Positions 1 to 8,166 of a stretch of 64,000 nucleotides of DNA are shown one piece after another. Source of the DNA: Terriglobia bacterium (GTDB taxonomy: Bacteria; Acidobacteriota; Terriglobia; Terriglobales; Acidobacteriaceae); contig CAVVYF010000023.1 in assembly GCA_963752375.1 (NCBI GenBank), positions 20,472 to 84,471 on the forward strand, written 5' to 3'. The notes below the pieces were generated by a model. It was not told where the DNA came from, ran no database searches, and saw nothing but the letters and a program-made list of their open reading frames with translations. Every line of letters begins with the position of its first letter. Within the stretch, counting starts at the first letter, position 1. The position numbers were made by a program, and so were the translations under genes.

Positions 1-635
1 CCCGGAGCGGCGGAGAAGTGATGCCAGTCGCCCTTGCCGATGGCGAAGCCCAGAATTACGAAGGCGGCCATGGCGGCGAACTTGGCCCAGGTAGCGAGGT
101 TTTGCAGGACCGTTCCCCAGCGCAGTCCGACCACGTTGATCCAGGTCACGAGAAAGATCGCAATCAACGCCACGATGTGGGCGCGGGTGAGAACGATTCC
201 CGCGGCGGCGAAGATAACGTGGTCCTGGGAAATCGCGGGGACAATTCCGCCCAGATATGCCGCCGAAGCCACCGAGAGCGCCGCGATCGTGCCGCCGTTA
301 GCGACGCTGAACAACATCCAGCCATAAAGAAATGCGGGCAGGTCTCCGTAGGCCTCTCGCAGGTAAACGTACTGGCCGCCGGAGTCGGGGAACATCGAGC
401 CCAGTTCCGCGAAGGCGGTACAGCCCAGCAGCGAAATGCCGGCGCCCAGAATCCAGACCAGCAGGAAGAGCATGGGATGCGGCAGCGGTCCGGCAATGTC
501 TTTCGCGGTCAGGAAAATCGAAGAGCCGATGATGCCTCCGCACAGCAGCAGTACGGAATCGAGCAGGCTGAGTCCGCGAACCAGGCTGGGCGATTCGGAT
601 TTCGCGGTGGAGGGTGAGACGGAAGGCAGGCTCAT
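1..635 (-). CDS. APC-family amino acid permease, N-terminal part (gene continues beyond window start)
   Basis: Own translation from ATG 635-633 stays open to base 1: MSLPSVSPSTAKSESPSLVRGLSLLDSVLLLCGGIIGSSIFL...FAELGSMFPDSGGQYVYLREAYG...; multi-TM permease N-terminus. Not in the ORF track because its stop lies outside the window. Confidence 0.8.
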   Translation of the reverse strand, partial: MSLPSVSPSTAKSESPSLVRGLSLLDSVLLLCGGIIGSSIFLTAKDIAGPLPHPMLFLLVWILGAGISLLGCTAFAELGSMFPDSGGQYVYLREAYGDLPAFLYGWMLFSVANGGTIAALSVASAAYLGGIVPAISQDHVIFAAAGIVLTRAHIVALIAIFLVTWINVVGLRWGTVLQNLATWAKFAAMAAFVILGFAIGKGDWHHFSAAP

Positions 636-638
636 CAA

Positions 639-800
639 TTATCCCATTCCCAGTTCGTCGGGAGATTCCAGCGGAGTTCCACAGCGCCGGCAGATGACCG
701 CAGAACAGTCGCCGCAGGTGAGAGGGTCGGTAACTTCCTGGCTGCACCGGGGACAGTAGAGTGGCTCCGGGTCAGGTTCCGGCCGCGGGGTTGAGCTCAT
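639..800 (-). CDS. small zinc-ribbon-like protein (53 aa), hypothetical
   Basis: Own translation ATG 800-798 to TAA 641-639: MSSTPRPEPDPEPLYCPRCSQEVTDPLTCGDCSAVICRRCGTPLESPDELGMG; three Cys pairs; stop lies 3 nt before the permease ATG. Below the 60-aa cut-off of the track. Confidence 0.45.
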   Translation of the reverse strand: MSSTPRPEPDPEPLYCPRCSQEVTDPLTCGDCSAVICRRCGTPLESPDELGMG

Positions 801-822
801 GAGGATGGCAAATGTAGCATAT

Positions 823-898
823 CCTTCGTGTACCTTGGTGTCCTTCGTGGTTAAAGATTTAGAGCATTAACCACCAAGGACACGAAGATACACGAAGG
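823..898. repeat. CACGAAGG-type inverted repeat (core copy)
   Basis: ccttcgtgtaccttggtgtccttcgtggttaa ... ttaaccaccaaggacacgaagatacacgaagg; arms made of about 10-nt phased CACGAAGG units; same family at 4580-4716, 10092-10160, 18713-18832, 47867-47942. Confidence 0.9.
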
Positions 899-945
899 AG
901 AACAAACTGCCCGACAAGGCTCCAACTCCCGATGAGCAACTGCAG

Positions 946-1656
946 ATGGAATTTAATCGCTGGGCGCTGGCCGGTGAAGGCCCGAAGATGGAAAACCATC
1001 ATCTCGACATCACCGAGAAGACGCTGCGGCTGATGGACCTGCGTCCGGGCGAGCGCGTGCTTGATCTCGGATGCGGCTCGGGTTGGGCGACTCGTCTGCT
1101 CTCGCGCCTGGTGGGCGATGGGCCTGAAGGCTTCGGCCAGGTCGTAGGTCTCGACGTTTCCGACGAAATGGTCCGGCAGGCCCGCGCCGCTTCCAAAGAC
1201 TTTGAGAATATTTTGTACGTCTGGGGATCGGCGCAGCAGATTCCGTGGGAGGAAAACTTCTTCGATAAAGTTCTGTCAGTGGAATCTTTTTACTACTACG
1301 CGGACCAGGACCGGGCGTTGTCCGAGCTCTTTCGGGTCATGGCGCCGCATGGGCGTCTGTTCATCCTGATCAATCTGTACCGCGACAATCCCTACTCGCT
1401 GCAATGGGTGGACAAGCTGAACGTCCCGGTGCACGTGCGTTCCGAGATCGAGTATGTCGAACTCCTGCGGAAGCACGCGTTTGAAAACGTCGAAGCGCGG
1501 CGCATTCCGGACGACACGCCTACGCCGGACGGCTATCAGACCAAGTCCTTCCACACTCTGGACGATTTGCGGGCGTTCAAGAAGATGGGAGCGCTGCTGC
1601 TGATGGCATCAAAGCCCGACCTGCGGACCCCGGCCCCTGGCTACACAATTTACTGA
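946..1656 (+). CDS. class I SAM-dependent methyltransferase
   Basis: 236-aa ORF with motif I VLDLGCGSGW and a typical Rossmann-fold MTase layout. Confidence 0.85.
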   Translation: MEFNRWALAGEGPKMENHHLDITEKTLRLMDLRPGERVLDLGCGSGWATRLLSRLVGDGPEGFGQVVGLDVSDEMVRQARAASKDFENILYVWGSAQQIPWEENFFDKVLSVESFYYYADQDRALSELFRVMAPHGRLFILINLYRDNPYSLQWVDKLNVPVHVRSEIEYVELLRKHAFENVEARRIPDDTPTPDGYQTKSFHTLDDLRAFKKMGALLLMASKPDLRTPAPGYTIY

Positions 1657-1680
1657 AACCGTGTGGCGGAGGCCAATCAT

Positions 1681-1853
1681 GTGTGGGTCGGACACTCCTG
1701 TCCGACGCCTTTGATTTTGATCTTGATCTTGTTCTTGCCTTTGTTTCTTGCTTTTGATTTTGCCTTGAGAATCTGCCGCTCGAGTGCATGAAGCATCAAT
1801 GACTTTGCCAAAGTCAAAGTCAAAGGCGTCGGACAGGAGTGTCCGACCCACAC
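1681..1853. repeat. MITE-like element with about 40-bp terminal inverted repeats (copy A)
   Basis: Left arm gtgtgggtcggacactcctgtccgacgcctttgattttga; the reverse complement of the right arm differs at 1 of 40 nt. Each arm contains the inner palindrome gtcggaca-ctcc-tgtccgac. Sits between convergent genes. Confidence 0.9.
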
Positions 1854-1863
1854 CACCAATTAC

Positions 1864-3021
1864 TTACTTCGCCAGGCGGTTGTATTTCTTCAGCACCTCG
1901 CGCAGGCGATCGTGGGGCAGGCCAATCACCTCGACGTCGTTGATGCCTTTCATCGTCTTCGCCGCCACCATGGCGTTGACCACAGCTTCTTCCGTGGCCT
2001 GTACCGTCGCGAGGAAGATCGGGTTCAGACGCTGGTTGGGGAGCATAATGAGCTGGTGCAGGCCTTTCGGCTCCGCCGCTCCGGGGTTGGCGGTTGAGAA
2101 GGCGATAAAAATGTCTCCCGAACCATCTCCGGAGAAGCTGCCATCCCGGCCCAAACCCAACGACACTCTCCGGGCCACGCGCTTCAGTTGGGTCGGAATC
2201 AGGGGAGCGTCCGTGGCCACGACTACAATGATGGACCCGATGTCATCATCACGAACGGTGTGCTCGCTGATCTCGCGGCCCACCGGAACTCCGGCGATCC
2301 GCAACTGGCTGCGCGATCCGTAGTTACATTGCACCAGCACTCCGACGGTGTAGCCGCCGTACTTGGCATCGAGGACACGCGAGGAGGTCCCGATTCCGCC
2401 TTTGAATTCGTTGCACACCATGCCGGTGCCGCCGCCCACGCTGCCTTCTTCGACGGGGCCGCCTTTGGCTGTATCGAGGGCATGGAAGACGTGCTCGGGC
2501 TTGACGTGAAATCCGTTGATGTCGTTCAACTCACCATCCCAGGTTTCTGCAACCACGGGCAGCGACCACCAGTAGCCGTCATCATCCGGGGGAGCATTCT
2601 TTACCCGCCAGGCGATGACCGCATCGCGCACCACGCCCACGCTGTGCGTGTTCGTGATCATCACCGGGCCATCCAGAAATCCCGAATCTTCGACCCATGT
2701 GGTCCCGGTCATTTCGCCGTTGCCGTTGAGGGTGAACCAGCCGGCGAAGACCGAATCCTTGAAATTGTGGCCGCGTGGAAGAATGGCGGTCACTCCAGTG
2801 CGGACCGGGCCGACGCCGACTTTCAGCGGGCCACTGCCGGAAATCAGCGTGGTTTGGCCAACCTCCACGCCCTTCACATCGGTGATGGCGTTGAGCGGTC
2901 CGGGGGTGCCGTCGAAAGGAACTCCCAGGTCGCGGGCGCGAGGTCCGGTCTGGGCCGTGGCGGTAGCGAGCAGCAAGGAAAAAAACAGGGCAGCGAGCAA
3001 TGCTCGGACGGCTTTCAGCAT
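1864..3021 (-). CDS. P1/S58-family aminopeptidase (DmpA/BapA-like), secreted
   Basis: Start taken at ATG 3021 (MLKAVRALLAALFFSLLLATATAQ signal peptide, GGAGGAG RBS upstream). Body GEMTGT...NTHSVGV...GGGTGMVCNEFKGGIGTSS...VVATDAPL is typical of the DmpA family. The 621-aa track ORF is an upstream read-through. Confidence 0.85.
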   Translation of the reverse strand: MLKAVRALLAALFFSLLLATATAQTGPRARDLGVPFDGTPGPLNAITDVKGVEVGQTTLISGSGPLKVGVGPVRTGVTAILPRGHNFKDSVFAGWFTLNGNGEMTGTTWVEDSGFLDGPVMITNTHSVGVVRDAVIAWRVKNAPPDDDGYWWSLPVVAETWDGELNDINGFHVKPEHVFHALDTAKGGPVEEGSVGGGTGMVCNEFKGGIGTSSRVLDAKYGGYTVGVLVQCNYGSRSQLRIAGVPVGREISEHTVRDDDIGSIIVVVATDAPLIPTQLKRVARRVSLGLGRDGSFSGDGSGDIFIAFSTANPGAAEPKGLHQLIMLPNQRLNPIFLATVQATEEAVVNAMVAAKTMKGINDVEVIGLPHDRLREVLKKYNRLAK

Positions 3022-3103
3022 CCAACTCCTCCGTGGTAAGTTTGGCACTATAGGGTATCCGGTGTTCGATCCCGGGTACAATTCCGTCAAGGCGGAGGGT
3101 GGA

Positions 3104-3385
3104 ATGGAAAACTGGAAAGTGGCGCTGGTGAGTGGTGCGGCGGGCGCGGGCACGGCGATGTTCCTGAAGAAAAAATGGACGGCGGGCATCATACTGGCGG
3201 GCGTTGGAGTGGCCACGCTGGCCTCGGAATATCCCGAGAAATTCGCCGAAGTGCGCCGGCGTCTGCCCGACTTTATCGAGCGCGGCAACAATTTTCTCGA
3301 GGTTGCTACCCGGGTGGGAGACCGCCTGGCGGAAGCCGCGGAGAGCCGCTCCCAGAATTGGTACGAGTCGCTGCTCACTAACTGA
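3104..3385 (+). CDS. small membrane protein, hypothetical (93 aa)
   Basis: ATG 3104 preceded by ggcggagggtgga; MENWKVALVSGAAGAGTAMFLKKKWTAGIILAGVGVATLA... has two hydrophobic segments followed by an amphipathic tail; it is the terminal part of track ORF 2615..3385. Confidence 0.45.
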   Translation: MENWKVALVSGAAGAGTAMFLKKKWTAGIILAGVGVATLASEYPEKFAEVRRRLPDFIERGNNFLEVATRVGDRLAEAAESRSQNWYESLLTN

Positions 3386-3404
3386 CTTCGCTCTGGTGGA
3401 CGAA

Positions 3405-3725
3405 CTACTCGATGCCCAGAGTTTTGCGGGCATCGGGACTGAGCCGCTCCGGAGTCCAGGGCGGAGTCCACACTACGTTGACGGTGGCATTGCGCACGCC
3501 GGGCATCTGTTCCACCCGGGCCTTGACTTGTTCTCCGATCATGACGTGCGAGGGACAGCCCTGGGCGGTGAGGGTCATTTCCACGGTCACGTCCTGTTTC
3601 TCCTCCGGCGCGGGGTCGAAGCGGACCCCGTAAATCAGTCCCAGATCGACAATGTTGACGGGAATTTCCGGGTCGTAACACTGCTTCAGGGCGCTTAGAA
3701 CTTCGTCCTCGGTTAAAGTAGCCAT
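3405..3725 (-). CDS. DUF59/MIP18-family Fe-S cluster assembly protein (SufT/PaaD-like)
   Basis: 106 aa: DEVLSALKQCYDPEIPVNIVDLGLIY...MTLTAQGCPS... is the canonical DUF59 pattern. Confidence 0.85.
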   Translation of the reverse strand: MATLTEDEVLSALKQCYDPEIPVNIVDLGLIYGVRFDPAPEEKQDVTVEMTLTAQGCPSHVMIGEQVKARVEQMPGVRNATVNVVWTPPWTPERLSPDARKTLGIE

Positions 3726-3794
3726 GCATTCTCCTCAGATCGACACTGATAGTTTACACGCCCGGGTGCAGTCGATGTTCAGGGCGACAACTCA

Positions 3795-4505
3795 ATGACC
3801 TCAGAAGCGAAGCGGAAAATCCAGCTGGTGCTGGTGGTTGCGATCGCAGCAACCGGCCTTCGTGCCGGCTATGTTGTGTACGAGCGGCATGCCGACAAGG
3901 CCGAAGAAACCAAACAGCAGGCGCCGCCCCTGAATCCTGATTATTACGTCATTCCGAAGAAGCTTTATCCCTACGATTTGAAGTCGGCCAAACAGCTGAC
4001 CCAACAGCCGGTGTGGGTCAGGGAAGGTTACCGCTTTACCTATTACCCCTACGACCGGACGCGCCAGCGCACGGATTTTACGCATGAGGCCGGCCTGCTG
4101 CTGCCCATCCAGAAGCTGGAGATCAAGGATGTGGTCACCGATGTGGCGCCTCACTCCGCGCACCTGCATCAGGTGATGGCGGTGTTCGAATTGGAGGGCA
4201 AGAGTTACGCTGTTCCTATCGGTTCGCAGACCGGCGACAGCTATCAGATCTATTCCGACGAAATGTTCTTCATCCAGGACCCGCACGAGTTGTACAAGCA
4301 CTGGCCGTCCGATGTCTGGGCATCGATCGAGCAACACCAGATCAAGCCAGGGATGAATGAATTTCAGGCCTACTTTTCCATCGGGATGGGAGTTCCGGAG
4401 CGGTCAATCGATCCGGCGGTGAAAACCGTGCACTATCCCAACGGAGGCAAGCCGGTGACCATCACTTTCCGGGACGGCAAGGCGGCAGAGATCACGGGCG
4501 GGTAG
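3795..4505 (+). CDS. hypothetical membrane-anchored protein
   Basis: 236-aa ORF with an N-terminal TM segment (KIQLVLVVAIAATGLRAGYVVY) and ordinary amino-acid composition; no family recognised. Confidence 0.6.
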   Translation: MTSEAKRKIQLVLVVAIAATGLRAGYVVYERHADKAEETKQQAPPLNPDYYVIPKKLYPYDLKSAKQLTQQPVWVREGYRFTYYPYDRTRQRTDFTHEAGLLLPIQKLEIKDVVTDVAPHSAHLHQVMAVFELEGKSYAVPIGSQTGDSYQIYSDEMFFIQDPHELYKHWPSDVWASIEQHQIKPGMNEFQAYFSIGMGVPERSIDPAVKTVHYPNGGKPVTITFRDGKAAEITGG

Positions 4506-4579
4506 CAACTTTAACTGAGATCTGACAACTTGGATCTGACATCTGAAACCTGAAACGAAAAAATCCGGAAACCAGGATA

Positions 4580-4716
4580 GTGGGTCAGTTTCGTGATAAG
4601 ACACGGCCAGTGCATAAACCACCAAGGACACGAAGTATCACGAAGGCTTTGTTTTCCAGGGTTTTCTTCGTGTACCTTCGTGCCCTTCGTGGTTCATGGT
4701 TTCCAAACTGACCCAC
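4580..4716. repeat. CACGAAGG-type element, long form with outer gtgggtcag arms
   Basis: gtgggtcagttt...accaccaaggacacgaagtatcacgaagg...ccttcgtgcccttcgtggtt...aaactgacccac; its reverse complement is near-identical to 18713-18832. Confidence 0.9.
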
Positions 4717-4731
4717 CACCGAAACCGGCCT

Positions 4732-5172
4732 TCACTTCACTACGGGCGACTTGTCCGTCGCCGGACCCTGCTCATCGGCGTGGATCTCACTATCTTCGTC
4801 GGCATAGAAGGAGCGGTGCTCGGCATCGAGCTGCTTGGGCGTAAGAGTCAAATCGAACCCGTTCTTGTTGGGACGGAATCCGACGGAGTAGTCGCCGCGG
4901 TCCGGGTTCACCATGCGTTTGGTGAACGATCCGGTGTGCACCAGTTGCGCCAGCGAGGTGGCATACTTGTCATTCTTCTTCTTGTAGAGCTTCTGGGCGC
5001 GCAGCACGGTGCGCATGTAGCCCAGGGCAGCGGCTTCCGAGTCCGAGCGGGCGGGATCGCCCTTGAATTTTGGCTGGTAGGTGCTCTGTGCCGCGGCGGC
5101 CATACAGCTTACCAGCAGCATCGCCGCCACCCTCCGAATATGTTGTTTCACGCGTCTGCCTCGCGATTTCAT
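4732..5172 (-). CDS. hypothetical secreted protein
   Basis: 146 aa with a signal-like N-terminus (RRVAAMLLVSCMAAAAQS) and ordinary composition; no family recognised. Confidence 0.55.
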   Translation of the reverse strand: MKSRGRRVKQHIRRVAAMLLVSCMAAAAQSTYQPKFKGDPARSDSEAAALGYMRTVLRAQKLYKKKNDKYATSLAQLVHTGSFTKRMVNPDRGDYSVGFRPNKNGFDLTLTPKQLDAEHRSFYADEDSEIHADEQGPATDKSPVVK

Positions 5173-5319
5173 GAGTGGTTACCTGTCATATCTTAGATGC
5201 TGAACACGTTACCGGCGTAATCGTTGGGGAGTAGTCGAATGTTCTCATCGCCGGCAAATGCAGCTATGCTAATCCAGCTTTTGGAATAAAGCAGGAAACC
5301 CTATCAAACAGGAAACCCT

Positions 5320-5994
5320 ATGAAGGCTGCAACCGCCATGAAGGCTTCACCAGCAAAGAAACCGGCCATCCGCCTGGCTGTGGTGGAGAGCGATCCACTG
5401 CGCTTTGTGGGATTTCGCGCCCTGTTTGACTCGGAGACGGACTTCGAACTGATCGCGGCCTCGCTGCCCGACATCGCAAGCCTGCCGAACATTGATCTGG
5501 TGTTGCTGGGAAACCGCAACGGGCAGAACCTGTTCGACCTGATGGCCAGCCTCAAAGCCAGCCGTCCTGACCTGCGCATCATTGTGACAGGTTCGGGCAT
5601 GGACGAGGAAACCATCTTGAAGGCCATTGCTTCCGGCGCCAAAGGGTACGTGGACGAAGCGGCCTCGCCGGCTGAGTTTGTGCAGGCCATCCGCATTGTG
5701 AACCAGGGTTCGGTGTGGGCGCCCCGCCGGGTGCTTTCCCTGTTCATCGAGCGTGTGAGTTCCGCGCCGGGCCGGGTCTTTCCGGCGGGGCGCGTGACGT
5801 TTACCGACCGCGAAAAGGAAGTGCTGGAAATGCTGGTGGCGGGCCGCTCCAACAAGGAAATCGGTTCTGCCCTGGGCATCGAGGAACGCACCGTGAAGGC
5901 CCACGTGGCCAAGCTGATGCGGAAGGTGGGAGTGCAGAACCGGATTGCGCTTTCGGTGCACGCCATCACGCACTCGCTGGTCACGGCGAAGTAG
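5320..5994 (+). CDS. LuxR/NarL-family response regulator with atypical (pseudo-)receiver domain
   Basis: C-terminal LuxR HTH TDREKEVLEMLVAGRSNKEIGSALGIEERTVKAHVAKLMRKVGVQNR; N-terminal REC-like fold, but DLVLLG replaces the usual DLVLLD. Confidence 0.85.
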   Translation: MKAATAMKASPAKKPAIRLAVVESDPLRFVGFRALFDSETDFELIAASLPDIASLPNIDLVLLGNRNGQNLFDLMASLKASRPDLRIIVTGSGMDEETILKAIASGAKGYVDEAASPAEFVQAIRIVNQGSVWAPRRVLSLFIERVSSAPGRVFPAGRVTFTDREKEVLEMLVAGRSNKEIGSALGIEERTVKAHVAKLMRKVGVQNRIALSVHAITHSLVTAK

Positions 5995-6024
5995 GAGAAA
6001 TCTCAGAATCCGCGAACTGTTAAA

Positions 6025-6047
6025 TTGCCGGATCTAGAATCCGGCAA
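6025..6047 (+). terminator. hairpin downstream of the response-regulator gene
   Basis: ttgccggat-ctaga-atccggcaa, a 9-bp perfect stem 30 nt after the stop; no clear T-tract. Confidence 0.3.
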
Positions 6048-6398
6048 CAATCTCGTCAAATTCCTCACTCCGGCAGTACTTCAATCCGTCGTTTCGCAAT
6101 CCCCCAATCCAGCAAATCCAGCTTTTCTGCAGCCGAAGGGCGAGGTTACTTTAGGACAGTGACCTGGGTAATCTTGTAGCTTCAGCTCGCTCCACGCATA
6201 CTCGATTCACCTACCACAGAACCTGGGAGACGGGGTTGGGAGCGGAGATTTAGGGTCACCGCTGCTGGCCCCGATTTTTTTGGCATTCCCGATTCCTCGT
6301 GGCACTCTCCCCGCCCCTACCTTCCTCCGGGAAATCCGCTAAAATCAACACACCGGTTTGAAATCAAGACTCTATCAAGTCCAGAAAGTCAGGAAGAA

Positions 6399-7091
6399 AT
6401 GAAAAAACTGCTGCTTCTGTGTGTAGTCGCGTGTCTCGCCATTTCCACGTTTGCCAAGGATGATGAGGACCAGAACAAGGCCGAAGACCGCATCAAGGCC
6501 GCCAGCACGGTGCTGGATGAGATTGAATCCGCTCCCGATCAGGGTATTCCGGAAGAAGTCCTGGGGTCGGCCGAATGCGTGGCCGTCGTGCCTACCATGA
6601 TTAAAGGCGGTTTCATCGTGGGCGCCCGGTTTGGGCGCGGCGTTGCCAGCTGCCGCACGCCCAAAGGTTGGAGCGCGCCGGCTTTCTTCACCATCAAAGG
6701 CGGAAGCTTCGGCCTGCAGATCGGCGCCCAGGCGGTCGATCTGGTCATGCTCATCATGAACGACAACGGCATGAAGAACCTGCTGAGCAGCCAGTTCAAA
6801 CTGGGGGCGGATGCCAGCGTAGCGGCCGGACCGGTTGGCCGACATGCCGCCGCTGACACGGACTGGAAACTGAAGGCGCAGGTGCTGAGCTATTCCCGGG
6901 CGCGTGGATTGTTCGCCGGCCTCGAGCTGAGCGGCGCGGCGATCGACCAGGACAAGGACGCGACCCGCGAGTTCTACGGCCGCATGGTGCCCTTCAAGAC
7001 CGCGCTGACCGGCACCATTGATGCTCCCGCCAATGCCTACCCGTTCCTGAACACGCTGGCGAAGTGGGCCAAAACGGCGGCCGACAAGTAA
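6399..7091 (+). CDS. SYLF (Ysc84/DUF500) lipid-binding domain protein, secreted or lipoprotein-like
   Basis: Signal peptide MKKLLLLCVVACLAIS; core ECVAVVPTMIKGGFIVGARFGRGV...GGSFGLQIGAQ...GADASVAAGPVGR is typical of the SYLF domain. Confidence 0.8.
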   Translation: MKKLLLLCVVACLAISTFAKDDEDQNKAEDRIKAASTVLDEIESAPDQGIPEEVLGSAECVAVVPTMIKGGFIVGARFGRGVASCRTPKGWSAPAFFTIKGGSFGLQIGAQAVDLVMLIMNDNGMKNLLSSQFKLGADASVAAGPVGRHAAADTDWKLKAQVLSYSRARGLFAGLELSGAAIDQDKDATREFYGRMVPFKTALTGTIDAPANAYPFLNTLAKWAKTAADK

Positions 7092-7099
7092 CGGCCTTG

Positions 7100-7122
7100 A
7101 ACCGGAACCAGGTTCCGGTTTG
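7100..7122 (+). terminator. hairpin after the SYLF gene
   Basis: aaccggaacc-a-ggttccggttt palindrome, 9 nt after the TAA at 7089-7091. Confidence 0.4.
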
Positions 7123-7164
7123 ACAACCCACCGTCCGCTTGCTACCGTCACCAGTTTCCTCCAG

Positions 7165-8064
7165 ATGCGTCAGCGATTCGAGTACGCGCTTGCGTGGCCG
7201 TTCATCAAAACGCTGAGCCTGTTACCTCGTCCTCTCTCGCGCGCAGCGGCAATATCTCTGGCCTGGACGGTTTACCTGCTGCACGTGCGTTTGCGGCGCG
7301 TGGGCATGCGCAATCTCGCCATGGCGATGCCGGAGAAGAGCCGCAGCGAGCATACCCGCATCCTGCGCGGAGAATTTACCTCGCTGGGCCGCCAACTGGC
7401 TGAGGTCTGCCAGTTTCCCCGCTATACCAGGGAAAACGTCAGCCGCGTAGTGGTCTATGACGGCTTCGAGAACTACGAACGGGCCGCCGCCCGCGGCAAG
7501 GGCGTATTGTTTCTTACCGCTCACTTCGGCGGCTGGGAACTCTCCGCTTTTGTGCATTCGCTGCATGGCCACTGGATGCATGTGGTGGTGCGCAACCTGG
7601 ACAACATCTATCTCGACCGCCTGATCCAGCGCTATCGCTCGATGCACGGCAACACCACCGTCAGCAAGGATGATTTTGTGCGCGGGCTCCTGCAGGCGAT
7701 GAAAGCCGGGGAGATGGTTGGCCTGCTGATGGACACCAACATGACTCCGCCGCAAGGTGTGTTCGTGAACTTCTTCGGCATTCCCGCCTGCACCGCCAGC
7801 GGCCTGGCCAGAATCGCATTGCGCACCGACGCCGCCGTGGTTCCGGGCTTCACCATCTGGGATCCCACGCTGCGTAAATACCGGCTGCGCTTCGATCCCG
7901 CCGTAAATCTGGTGCGCACCGGCAACGACGAGGCAGATATCGTCACCAACACCCAGATCTTCACCAAAATTACCGAGGATTATGTTCGCCGCTATCCCGA
8001 CCAGTGGTTGTGGGTGCATCGGCGCTGGAAGACGAGGCCGCCGGGTGAGCCGGGGTTGTACTGA
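7165..8064 (+). CDS. lipid A biosynthesis (Kdo2-lipid IVA) acyltransferase, LpxL/HtrB-family
   Basis: LFLTAHFGGWEL (HX4E/D acyltransferase motif) and ...PDQWLWVHRRWK C-terminus. Start set at ATG 7165 because the TTG at 7120 lies inside the upstream hairpin; start uncertain. Confidence 0.8.
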   Translation: MRQRFEYALAWPFIKTLSLLPRPLSRAAAISLAWTVYLLHVRLRRVGMRNLAMAMPEKSRSEHTRILRGEFTSLGRQLAEVCQFPRYTRENVSRVVVYDGFENYERAAARGKGVLFLTAHFGGWELSAFVHSLHGHWMHVVVRNLDNIYLDRLIQRYRSMHGNTTVSKDDFVRGLLQAMKAGEMVGLLMDTNMTPPQGVFVNFFGIPACTASGLARIALRTDAAVVPGFTIWDPTLRKYRLRFDPAVNLVRTGNDEADIVTNTQIFTKITEDYVRRYPDQWLWVHRRWKTRPPGEPGLY

Positions 8065-8070
8065 GAAAGG

Positions 8071-8160
8071 CAGCTCCTAGCTCCTGGCTGCTAGCTTCTG
8101 GCGAAGTCCGAAGTTTTTTGAAGGATTTTAGCTAGGAGCTAGAAGCTAGCAGCTAGCAGC
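8071..8160. repeat. GCTAGC-rich complementary repeat blocks
   Basis: agctcctag / gctgctagcttct on the left and ctaggagct / agaagctagcagc on the right, around an AAGTTTTTTGAAGG centre; lies between convergent genes. Confidence 0.75.
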
Positions 8161-8166
8161 GGGCCT

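Noticed and set aside
1864-3729. 621-aa minus-strand ORF in the track, suggesting one very large protein
   Set aside because: Only the C-terminal 385 aa (from MLKAV..., ATG 3021, with RBS and signal peptide) look like a DmpA-family protein. The upstream 236 aa are Arg/Ser/Pro-rich read-through that overlaps two better-supported genes (3104-3385 plus strand, 3405-3725 in another minus frame).
4620-4695. Possible CRISPR array, because of short periodic repeats
   Set aside because: The units are contiguous (about 10-nt period) with no spacers, are arranged as inverted arms, have at most 3 units per arm, and no cas genes are present in the window.
6375-7151. 258-aa minus-strand ORF
   Set aside because: Antisense to the SYLF-domain gene, which has a signal peptide and family motifs.
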